Assembly: GCA_963664225.1 (NCBI GenBank)
Contig: OY760937.1
Span: 2,880,001-2,944,000, forward strand
Length of the DNA: 64,000 bases
Direction of reading: 5' to 3'
From: Verrucomicrobiia bacterium
GTDB taxonomy: Bacteria; Verrucomicrobiota; Verrucomicrobiia; Limisphaerales; UBA1319
Part shown: piece by piece, positions 29,335-37,062 of the stretch
Layout of the letters: each line of letters starts with the position of its first letter
Position numbering within the stretch: the first letter of the stretch is position 1
Notes under the pieces: model-generated
The model's database searches: none
What the model was told of the DNA's origin: nothing
Seen by the model: only the letters and a program-made list of their open reading frames with translations
Made by a program: the position numbers and the translations under genes

Positions 29335-29844
29335 ATGTCCGCGCATTTGGACTCAACATCGATCAAACGCATGGCGGGCGTGGCGCTTTTTGTTTTAATC
29401 CTCGATCAATTCACCAAATACCTGGTCTTGCGCACGCTCGGTTATGCGGATCAACGGGTGGTGATCGATGGCTTTTTCAAGCTGGTGCATTGGGGAAACA
29501 CCGGCGCGGCATGGAGCCTTTTTACCGGCAAGAACAAGATTCTGGCGGCGATCTCCCTGCTGGCATTGGTGGCGCTATTCTACAGCCGTCGCCATTTTGA
29601 CGCCCATACCCTGGCCGGTCAATGCGCCCTGGGCCTTATGTTTGGCGGCATTCTGGGCAATCTGACCGATCGGATTCACATCGGCCATGTGGTCGATTTC
29701 CTCTATTTCTATGTCATCCCCAGGGGTGGGGACGAAATCGGGTTCCCGGCCTTCAACGTGGCGGACTCGTCGATCTGCGTGGGCGTGGGCCTGCTGTTCA
29801 TCCTTTCCTGGCGTGCCGAACATGGCATGGCCCCCCAGACCTGA
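29335..29844 (+). CDS. lspA: Lipoprotein signal peptidase
   Basis: DQFTK, NTGAAWS, GNLTDRI..GHVVDF, FNVAD. Confidence 0.97.
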   Translation: MSAHLDSTSIKRMAGVALFVLILDQFTKYLVLRTLGYADQRVVIDGFFKLVHWGNTGAAWSLFTGKNKILAAISLLALVALFYSRRHFDAHTLAGQCALGLMFGGILGNLTDRIHIGHVVDFLYFYVIPRGGDEIGFPAFNVADSSICVGVGLLFILSWRAEHGMAPQT

Positions 29845-29887
29845 AGACCCGCCCCGGAGTCACCAGGCGCTCGCAAAGGCCCATGCC

Positions 29888-30847
29888 ATGAATCTGGACG
29901 AAACGCTTCCGACCGGGATTCGCCAGAAGAGCCTCTTTCTGGGCGGACCCACCGCCAGCGGCAAATCGCGCGTCGGCTTTCTCCTGGCCGAAAGACTCGG
30001 GGGCGAGATCATCACCGTCGATTCCATGCAGGTCTATCGGGGCCTGGACATCGGCACCGCAAAACCATCCCCGGAGGAACGCGCCCGCGTGCCGCATCAC
30101 CTCGTGGATATTCTCGATTTGAACGAGGCTTTCGACGCCTCGCAATTCGCCTCGCGCGCGCAGGTGGCGGCGACGGATATTCTGAAACGCGGACGTGTCC
30201 CCATTTTCTGCGGCGGCACCGGCCTCTATTTCAAGGCCCTGCTCGAAGGGCTGGGCGAATCCCCCGGATCGGATCCCGTTCTCCGCGCGGCATTGGAACA
30301 GACCCCTCTGGAGGAATTACTCGCGGAATTGCAGGCGCGCGATCCCGAGGCCTTCGAGCGCATCGACCGCAAGAATCCGCGCCGCGTGATTCGCGCCGTG
30401 GAAGTCCTGCGCCTGACGGGTCAAAACGTGACCGCGCAACGGGCCCGCTGGAAGGCTGAACCCGTGGAAAATCCCGTGTTTTTCGCCGGACTGGAGCGCG
30501 ACCCGGAGGATTTGAAGCGGCGCATCGAGGTGCGCGTCGATGAAATGTTCGCCCAGGGCCTGGAAGCGGAGACCCGGCGGTTGCTCGCGTTCGGTCTCGA
30601 AACCAATCGGAATGCCATGCAGGCCATCGGCTACAGCCAGGTGGTCGATTTCCTCCATGGAGCGCGATCCCTTGAAGACACCATTGCCCTCATCAAACTG
30701 CGCACCCGCAAATACTCCAAACGCCAGATGACCTGGTTTCGCCGCCAGGCCCGCGTCCAGTGGTTTGCCGTGTCGCCGGAGGAATCCCTGGAGAAGATCG
30801 CCGGTTCCGTGGCTGATGCCTTTGCGAAATTTCGCCAAACCAATTGA
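29888..30847 (+). CDS. miaA: tRNA dimethylallyltransferase
   Basis: GPTASGKS, DSMQVYRGLDIGTAKP, GGTGLY, NPRRVIRAVEV, AIGY, YSKRQMTWF. Confidence 0.97.
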   Translation: MNLDETLPTGIRQKSLFLGGPTASGKSRVGFLLAERLGGEIITVDSMQVYRGLDIGTAKPSPEERARVPHHLVDILDLNEAFDASQFASRAQVAATDILKRGRVPIFCGGTGLYFKALLEGLGESPGSDPVLRAALEQTPLEELLAELQARDPEAFERIDRKNPRRVIRAVEVLRLTGQNVTAQRARWKAEPVENPVFFAGLERDPEDLKRRIEVRVDEMFAQGLEAETRRLLAFGLETNRNAMQAIGYSQVVDFLHGARSLEDTIALIKLRTRKYSKRQMTWFRRQARVQWFAVSPEESLEKIAGSVADAFAKFRQTN

Positions 30848-30888
30848 TCGGTGGACAGAACCAGGCCCGCGCGGGATGATATTCCCCT

Positions 30889-32016
30889 GTGACAGAAAGT
30901 TTCGACAAGACATGGAGCCGGTCGCCCAAAACCCGTGCGGCCATTGCACAGGGAATGGAAGTGGGACTGCACATCGGCGCGCAGCTTTACGTGTCGCTGC
31001 GCGGCGAAATCATTGCGGATGCCGCGATGGGCGAGAGCCGTGCCGGTGTTCCCATGAGGCCGGACACCCTCATGCTCTGGCTTTCCGCCACCAAACCGAC
31101 CATTGCCGTGTGCATCGGCCAGCTTGTCGAAAAGAAGCTGCTGGCCTGGGATGACCCGGTGACGCGCTTCATTCCCGAATTCGGCCAATGGGGCAAAACC
31201 ACCATCACATTGCGCCATTTGCTCACGCACACCGGCGGTTTCCGGGCTGCGGACCGCTACGATCATGGGACCGATTCAGCGCAAATCCTTTCGCAAATAT
31301 GTCAAACACGCCCCGAACATGGATGGATTCCCGGCGAGAAGGCCGGTTACCATAAGGCGTCCAGTTGGTATGTGCTGGGCGAGATCATCCGCCGCGTGGA
31401 TGGGCGACCGCCGGGTCAATACGCGCGCGAGGCGCTGTTCCTTCCGTGTGGCATGAAGGACGCGTGGATCGGCCTGGCCCATGAACAGGTTCGCGCCTAC
31501 GGAATGCGCCTGGGCCTGCTGCATGTGACGGCTCAGGGTTGGCCTGAATTATATCCGGGCGAGGACACGCCGGAGGGCTTTGAAATGTGCAAGCCCGGAA
31601 GCCACGGACGCGGACCGATGCGTGATTTGGGCCGGTTTTACGAGCATTTGATACGGCTTCGAACGGGCGACACTCCCGCAGCGCCGATTCTCCAGCCGTT
31701 CACCGTTCTCGAAATGACCCGGCGGCAGCGCGAGGGCAAGTTCGATCACACCTTCCAGCATAAGGTGGATTGGGGCCTGGGTTTCGGGATCGATTCCAAT
31801 CGATACGGCGCCGACACGATCCCCTATGGGTTCGGGCGGCACTGCTCTGAAGATACCTTTGGTCATGGCGGATCCCAATCCTCCGGCGCCTTTGCCGATC
31901 CCGCGCATGGATTGGTCGCCGCCTGGGTTCTGAACGGGCTGCCTGGCGAAGCCGCGCATCAGCCGCGCGTCCGCGCCATCAACGCCGCCATTTACGAGGA
32001 TTTGGGGCTGGTTTGA
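30889..32016 (+). CDS. Serine hydrolase, beta-lactamase/class C-like family
   Basis: SxxK (SATK), LRHLLTHTGG, AGYH, FGHGG. Confidence 0.92.
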   Translation: MTESFDKTWSRSPKTRAAIAQGMEVGLHIGAQLYVSLRGEIIADAAMGESRAGVPMRPDTLMLWLSATKPTIAVCIGQLVEKKLLAWDDPVTRFIPEFGQWGKTTITLRHLLTHTGGFRAADRYDHGTDSAQILSQICQTRPEHGWIPGEKAGYHKASSWYVLGEIIRRVDGRPPGQYAREALFLPCGMKDAWIGLAHEQVRAYGMRLGLLHVTAQGWPELYPGEDTPEGFEMCKPGSHGRGPMRDLGRFYEHLIRLRTGDTPAAPILQPFTVLEMTRRQREGKFDHTFQHKVDWGLGFGIDSNRYGADTIPYGFGRHCSEDTFGHGGSQSSGAFADPAHGLVAAWVLNGLPGEAAHQPRVRAINAAIYEDLGLV

Positions 32017-32169
32017 AGCTGACGGGAAGCTGCGAACAAATGGGTGCGTGGCGACCCGCAAAAAAACGGTTCAACCGATCCCCAACCACACTCAGAAATC
32101 GAAAATGTTCTTTATATCCTTCGCGGCTTCGCGGCTTCGCGTGAGAACATTTTCCTCATCCCCAGATTC

Positions 32170-32234
32170 CTGCGTGGCTGAAATTCGTCCGTTGGATGGA
32201 CGAAAATCGTCCATTGAATGGTTGAATATCATCG
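32170..32234. repeat. Left phased palindrome array: three 15-bp boxes GGNYGA-N3-TCRWCS at 22-bp period, overlapping the promoter
   Basis: Boxes at 32176-32190, 32198-32212 (perfect GGACGA AAA TCGTCC) and 32220-32234; 32170-32213 is identical to 33582-33625. Confidence 0.9.
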
Positions 32235-32257
32235 GAATTACAGTTAGATTCCTGGCC

Positions 32258-33514
32258 ATGATCAGACGAAACGTGGAGCAGGCCATCCTGGCGGGGCTTA
32301 AAGATACGCCCGTTGTCTTGCTCGTGGGCGCCCGGCAAACGGGAAAAAGCACATTGATTCAGTCCGATGCCTTTCAAAAGGGAAAACGCCGGTTTCTCAC
32401 ATTTGACGACGCCAGCGTGCTGGCTGCCGCCAAAGCCGATCCAGCAGGATTTCTGGCTTCCTTTTCTGAGCCGCTGGCTTTGGATGAAGTGCAGCGCGTG
32501 CCCGAGCTTTTCCTGGCGCTCAAGGCATCCGTGGATCGTAATCGTGTCCCCGGGCGCTATTTGCTCAGTGGTTCCGCAAACGTGCTGTTTCTGCCCAAGG
32601 TCGCCGATTCGCTGGCCGGGCGGATGGAGGTCATCACCCTGTGGCCCTTCTCACAAGGGGAAATCGAAGCGGTGCGTGAGGATTTCATCGATGCCGTATT
32701 TGCACCGACACTGCCTCGAATCAAGCCTTTGGACAAATGGGATGAACGAAAAGAGCTCCAGCATCGGGTGCTGCTGGGCGGGTTTCCCGAAGTGCTTGCC
32801 CGCGATTCGTCCGAACGGCGCAAGGCCTGGTTTGGGGCCTACCTGACGACAATACTTCAGAGGGACGTGCGCGATCTCTCCCATATCGACGATATTACGG
32901 CAATGCCACGGTTGATCTCGATTCTGGCCGCGCGGATGGGGGGTCTGCTGAATGCAGCCGAGCTTTCTCGAGGTTCTGGAATCGCCCAGACAACCCTGAA
33001 ACGCCACTTAAGCCTTCTCGAGACCATATTTCTCTTTCACCCCCTGCCCGCGTGGTCCACCAACGTGGGAAAGAGGTTTGTAAAAATGCCGAAGGTGATT
33101 CTCTCGGACACGGCCCTGGCGGCTCACCTGCTCAACATCACACCGGAAAGAGTGGCTGAAGATTCGGGTTTGTTGGGTTCGTTGCTCGAAAACTTTGTTT
33201 GCATGGAGTTGGTCAAACAGGCGGCATGGAGCCGGGAAAATCCTCAACTGTTTCATTGGCGCACGCATGGCCAACAGGAGGTTGATCTGGTGCTGGAATC
33301 GGGCAGTCGTCTGGTGGGCATCGAAATCAAGGCGCGTGCCAGTGTCACGGCTGACGATTTCAAGGGATTAAGGGCCCTGGCTGCAGAAGCAAGGGACCGA
33401 TTTGTTCGTGGTGTCGTCCTCCATGGCGGGCGCGAGATGCTCCCATTTGGAGAGAATATGGTCGCGATGCCGGTCAGTGCATTGTGGCGGCTTGGCGGGC
33501 CGGCAAAAAACTAA
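32258..33514 (+). CDS. AAA_14 ATPase with DUF4143 and a C-terminal PD-(D/E)XK-like motif
   Basis: Walker A GARQTGKST, Walker B LALDEVQ, SGSA, SLAGR, GGFPE, RDVRDL, K.PK....DTALA, HWRT...EVDLVLE...IEIK. ATG 32258 follows TTGAAT-17 nt-TAGATT. Confidence 0.93.
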   Translation: MIRRNVEQAILAGLKDTPVVLLVGARQTGKSTLIQSDAFQKGKRRFLTFDDASVLAAAKADPAGFLASFSEPLALDEVQRVPELFLALKASVDRNRVPGRYLLSGSANVLFLPKVADSLAGRMEVITLWPFSQGEIEAVREDFIDAVFAPTLPRIKPLDKWDERKELQHRVLLGGFPEVLARDSSERRKAWFGAYLTTILQRDVRDLSHIDDITAMPRLISILAARMGGLLNAAELSRGSGIAQTTLKRHLSLLETIFLFHPLPAWSTNVGKRFVKMPKVILSDTALAAHLLNITPERVAEDSGLLGSLLENFVCMELVKQAAWSRENPQLFHWRTHGQQEVDLVLESGSRLVGIEIKARASVTADDFKGLRALAAEARDRFVRGVVLHGGREMLPFGENMVAMPVSALWRLGGPAKN

Positions 33515-33581
33515 AAGCTGCGGCCCTTGCGCCAAGATGCAATCAAGCACGCGCGAAGCCTGTTTCTCATCCACTGGATTT

Positions 33582-33646
33582 CTGCGTGGCTGAAATTCGT
33601 CCGTTGGATGGACGAAAATCGTCCACGGAACGGACGATTATCAACC
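33582..33646. repeat. Right phased palindrome array, direct repeat of the left one
   Basis: Boxes at 33588-33602, 33610-33624 and 33632-33646 (GGACGATTATCAACC), 22-bp period. Confidence 0.9.
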
Positions 33647-33695
33647 ATTCCTGCTGCGCACGCGGGAAGCGGACAGGCGGTTTCCCGAGCCGCAG

Positions 33696-34547
33696 CTAGA
33701 CCACAAATTCCAACTCGGGCGGTTTGGGGGCCAGACCCATGGCATGCGCGCGAGTCAGGAAACGGCGGATGGATTCGCGGCCCTTTTCGCCGTAATCCAG
33801 CGTCCAATGATTCACGTACATCCCCACGAAGCGGTCCGCCAGAGGCTTATCCATGTCCCGCGCGTATTGGAGCGCGTGTTGCACCGCCGCGGGCCGGTGG
33901 TCCAGACCGTAGGCGATGCTGTTCATGATGATGTCCGCGATGATCTTTCGCTCAGGTGGCGGAATGCGCTTGTGAATGACATTCCCGCCCAGCGGCAACG
34001 GCAGACCTTCGTTTTCCTGTCCCCACCAGATGCCCAGATCCACGCAGAGCTGCAGGCCTTCCTTCGCGTAGGTGAGCTGCCCCTCGTGAATGATCAGGCC
34101 GGCATCCGCTTTTCCTGAACGCACCGTGGCGAAGATCTGGTCGAAGGGCACCACGATGAAATCGAACTCCCCCGCCCGCTTGCCCAGCCAGAGCTGAAGC
34201 GCCAGAAACGCGCTGGTCAGCAGTCCGGGGACGGCAATGCGTTTGCGGGCCAGTTCCTCGCGCGAGTAAGGTTTGGGGGCCACCACCATGGGGCCGTAAC
34301 CATCCCCCATGCTCGCCCCGCTGGGCAGCAGCGCGTATTGATCGCACACATGCGAGTAGGCGTGAATGCTGATCGCCGTAATATCCAGCTCACCCCGCTG
34401 CGCCCGTTCGTTGAGCGTCTGAATATCCTGGAGGATGTGTTCGAAGGTGTAGCCTCCTGTTGACACCAGCCCACGGGCCATGCCGTAAAACATGAAGGCA
34501 TCATCGGGATCGGGCGAATGTCCCAAGGTTAACGCGCGTTTATCCAT
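33696..34547 (-). CDS. mqnD: 1,4-dihydroxy-6-naphthoate synthase (futalosine menaquinone pathway)
   Basis: LGHSPDPDDAFMF, DIQTLN, GDGYGP, AGLIIHEGQL, LPLPLG, MYVN. Confidence 0.88.
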   Translation of the reverse strand: MDKRALTLGHSPDPDDAFMFYGMARGLVSTGGYTFEHILQDIQTLNERAQRGELDITAISIHAYSHVCDQYALLPSGASMGDGYGPMVVAPKPYSREELARKRIAVPGLLTSAFLALQLWLGKRAGEFDFIVVPFDQIFATVRSGKADAGLIIHEGQLTYAKEGLQLCVDLGIWWGQENEGLPLPLGGNVIHKRIPPPERKIIADIIMNSIAYGLDHRPAAVQHALQYARDMDKPLADRFVGMYVNHWTLDYGEKGRESIRRFLTRAHAMGLAPKPPELEFVV

Positions 34548-34673
34548 GGGGAAAAATTTAACATTCACCCCACCATTGTCACGGAACGATTTCGATCCAA
34601 AACAGCCTATTCTTGGACTCATTTTATCCGTTTGACACACCCCGGCTTCAAACGTAGCCTAGGCTTAAGATTT

Positions 34674-35108
34674 ATGCCTGAGAACATGCCTGAAACACCG
34701 AACACGCCCAGCGTGCCAACGCCTTCCAACACGGCTGCCGGTATTCCTCCGGTCGCCCCCAAACCGGTCGAGGCTTCCAAAGTGCAGCCAAAAAAGGAAA
34801 CGGTGCGCATTAATCTGCCACCCAAACCGACGGCCGCGCCGGCAATCAAACTGCCCACACCCGCTTCGGCTCCCGCCGCCCAGGCCCCTGCTCCCGCCGC
34901 CTCGGGCGCGCCAGCGGCCCCTGCTCCCGCCGCCTCGGCTCCTGTGGCCCGGCAGACGGCTGGGGCGGCAGCCCCGGCCCATGCTGCGCCGAGAGTCCCG
35001 GCGCCGGCTGGACACCCTGCGGCATCGATCAGCAAAATCGACCAGATACTCGCTCTGGCGGCCGCTGTTGTCGCGGTGTTGGCGCTCGTGCGGGCCTTGA
35101 TGCTTTAA
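34674..35108 (+). CDS. Pro/Ala-rich disordered protein with C-terminal membrane anchor
   Basis: KKETVRINLPPKP motif, low-complexity linker, terminal hydrophobic helix. Confidence 0.7.
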   Translation: MPENMPETPNTPSVPTPSNTAAGIPPVAPKPVEASKVQPKKETVRINLPPKPTAAPAIKLPTPASAPAAQAPAPAASGAPAAPAPAASAPVARQTAGAAAPAHAAPRVPAPAGHPAASISKIDQILALAAAVVAVLALVRALML

Positions 35109-35165
35109 TTCTACAGGTTCCAATCGCTAACCACTGTTTGTGCCGATGCGGGGACCAATTAATTT

Positions 35166-35501
35166 GTGGATGCGATTCATTTAGTAACGCTCACGGCTGC
35201 CAATTTTAAGGCAGAAGTCCTGGAAGCCAGCCTTCCCTTTTTGGTCAGCTTTTGGGCTGGCTGGTGCGCCCCCTGTAAAATCGTGGACCCTTTGGTCGAG
35301 GAAATTGCCTCCGATTACGATGGGCGCGCCCGTTTCGGCAAAGTCAACATTGACGATGAGGAGGCGCTGGCCATGGAATATGGCATTCGTGCCGTGCCCA
35401 CATTGCTGATTTTCAAGAATGGCGAGGTCGTGGACAAAATGATCGGCGCCCATGCCAAGCACGATCTCACGGCCAGCCTTGAGAAACATTTATTCGTCTG
35501 A
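35166..35501 (+). CDS. trxA: Thioredoxin
   Basis: FWAGWCAPCK, KVNID, YGIRAVPTL. Confidence 0.93.
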   Translation: MDAIHLVTLTAANFKAEVLEASLPFLVSFWAGWCAPCKIVDPLVEEIASDYDGRARFGKVNIDDEEALAMEYGIRAVPTLLIFKNGEVVDKMIGAHAKHDLTASLEKHLFV

Positions 35502-35538
35502 CACCCATTCCTGGAAGAAACAATTCCTCGCGGGGCAT

Positions 35539-36786
35539 TCACGGGTGAACGCCAGTCTGCTTCGGCACTGTGTCTGATCCCAAGGGGTTCTTTGCCGCAT
35601 CCCAGCACATCTCCTGCCAGAGCGTATAACGCTCCATGAGGTTCCTGTCGGCCAGATAATTCAAGTCCACCAGGCTCGCCCGTTCCATGCCCGGCTTTCC
35701 GTATTTTTCCTGCCCCAGTTCATTGGCCACGTGCACCGCTGCGAGCGGTGAAAAGCCGGGCTCCAACGATTGAGCTGGCTGATGATGGTAAACGACAGCC
35801 TCGATCACCGGATCCGGCAGTCCCCATAAACTCAGCAGATAACCGCCCACCTCCGCATGGGAGGCTCCAAAGACCGCCTGTTCAGCTTCGTGGAGGGGGA
35901 TGTTCCTGGCCTCCGCCATGGAAATCGCCTCCTGGTAAAGGCCGGCTAAATTCGTGGCCAGAACCAATTTCCCCATGTCATGGAGCAAACCGCCCAGAAA
36001 GCCATGGTCCACGAGGTGCGGATCGGCCTGTTCCCTGCTGCAAATCCGCTTCGCCAGCACTGCGGTGGCCCAGGAATGACTCCACAAACCCTCCAACTGG
36101 CACGCGCGCACCAGGGCGGCGTCAAATTGTGAAAATACCTTGAGCGAGATCACCAGCGACTTGATTGTTTCCACTCCCACATGGATCGCCGCCTCCACCG
36201 GACTGGTCACCCGCCGGTTCAGCCCAAAAAATGGCGAATTAACCAAACCCAAAATCCTTGCGCCCAATTCTGGCTCCCTGGAGACGATTTCACCCGCCCG
36301 CGACAGCGATGCATTCTCCGATCCAATGTCCCTGGCCAATTCGACATAAAGGGCGGGCAGGCTTGGAATACGGTTCCATTGAGAGGCCAGACGCGCCATG
36401 TTGGGGCTCGTGAGCAGGTGGTTGCGGGGAAAGACCCGATTCAATGTTTCCTGAATCACCTTGGGGTCGCACGGCTTGATGAGGTATTCATGGGCCGTCC
36501 CAAAGAGCCGGAGCAGGGTCGGTCGCTCATCATTCCAGCACAAGATGATGCGGGCCGTGTGGGGATGACGCTGCTTGACGGCGGTCAGCAGTTGCTCTCC
36601 GTTCATCCCGGGCATTTCCAGATCTGAAATAATGATATGGAAGGGCTGGACGGCCATGAGCTGGAGGGCCTGGAAACCGCTTTCCATAAACTCGAATTGC
36701 CAGTCCTCGCCCATCGACGACAGAAGATGGCGCAAGGTCTGCAAGACCTTTGGTTCGTCATCCACTACAAGGACATTTTTCTTCAT
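35539..36786 (-). CDS. Response regulator with HDOD output domain
   Basis: Receiver VLVVDDE...SDLEMPGMNG...KP; HDOD IPSLP, LVNSPFFG, LWSHS, GLLHDMGKL, HAEVGGYLL..WGLP. Confidence 0.93.
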   Translation of the reverse strand: MKKNVLVVDDEPKVLQTLRHLLSSMGEDWQFEFMESGFQALQLMAVQPFHIIISDLEMPGMNGEQLLTAVKQRHPHTARIILCWNDERPTLLRLFGTAHEYLIKPCDPKVIQETLNRVFPRNHLLTSPNMARLASQWNRIPSLPALYVELARDIGSENASLSRAGEIVSREPELGARILGLVNSPFFGLNRRVTSPVEAAIHVGVETIKSLVISLKVFSQFDAALVRACQLEGLWSHSWATAVLAKRICSREQADPHLVDHGFLGGLLHDMGKLVLATNLAGLYQEAISMAEARNIPLHEAEQAVFGASHAEVGGYLLSLWGLPDPVIEAVVYHHQPAQSLEPGFSPLAAVHVANELGQEKYGKPGMERASLVDLNYLADRNLMERYTLWQEMCWDAAKNPLGSDTVPKQTGVHP

Positions 36787-37062
36787 GTTTGCGCCATTCC
36801 GGGTCGAATCCAGACTGTCCTTGGAACGCATCGGCTGCCGGAACCACGCCGACCGTGGCACGAAGACCTTTTACCCTTCCGCTGTTGGTCCAAGGATCCA
36901 ACAGCCACGAAGCACGTCACATGCCACCGCCCTTCAATGAGGGTCAAGGGCGTCGTTGCTAACGGTAAAGATTTGAAGACGGGAAGTCAGCTCGACAAAA
37001 CAAACACTCTTCCACCTGTTTTTTCCCCAGACTCCCATTGTCGCCGCCCGGGACAATTTGTC

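Noticed and set aside
30889..32016. Beta-lactamase resistance gene
   Set aside because: No signal peptide; the LLTHxxG/HGG pattern fits general esterase-type serine hydrolases.
32119..32146. CTTCGCGG x3 short tandem; similar loose 9-mers at ~22160-22200 and ~56143-56172
   Set aside because: Short degenerate intergenic repeats with no linked gene in this window; no function can be supported.
32170..32234. Phased palindromes as a mini-CRISPR array
   Set aside because: Boxes are 15 bp with 7-bp gaps, far too short for spacers, and no cas genes are present.
34860..34945. Duplicated GGCCCCTGCTCCCGCCGCCTCGG
   Set aside because: Coding low-complexity Pro/Ala linker repeat; unremarkable.
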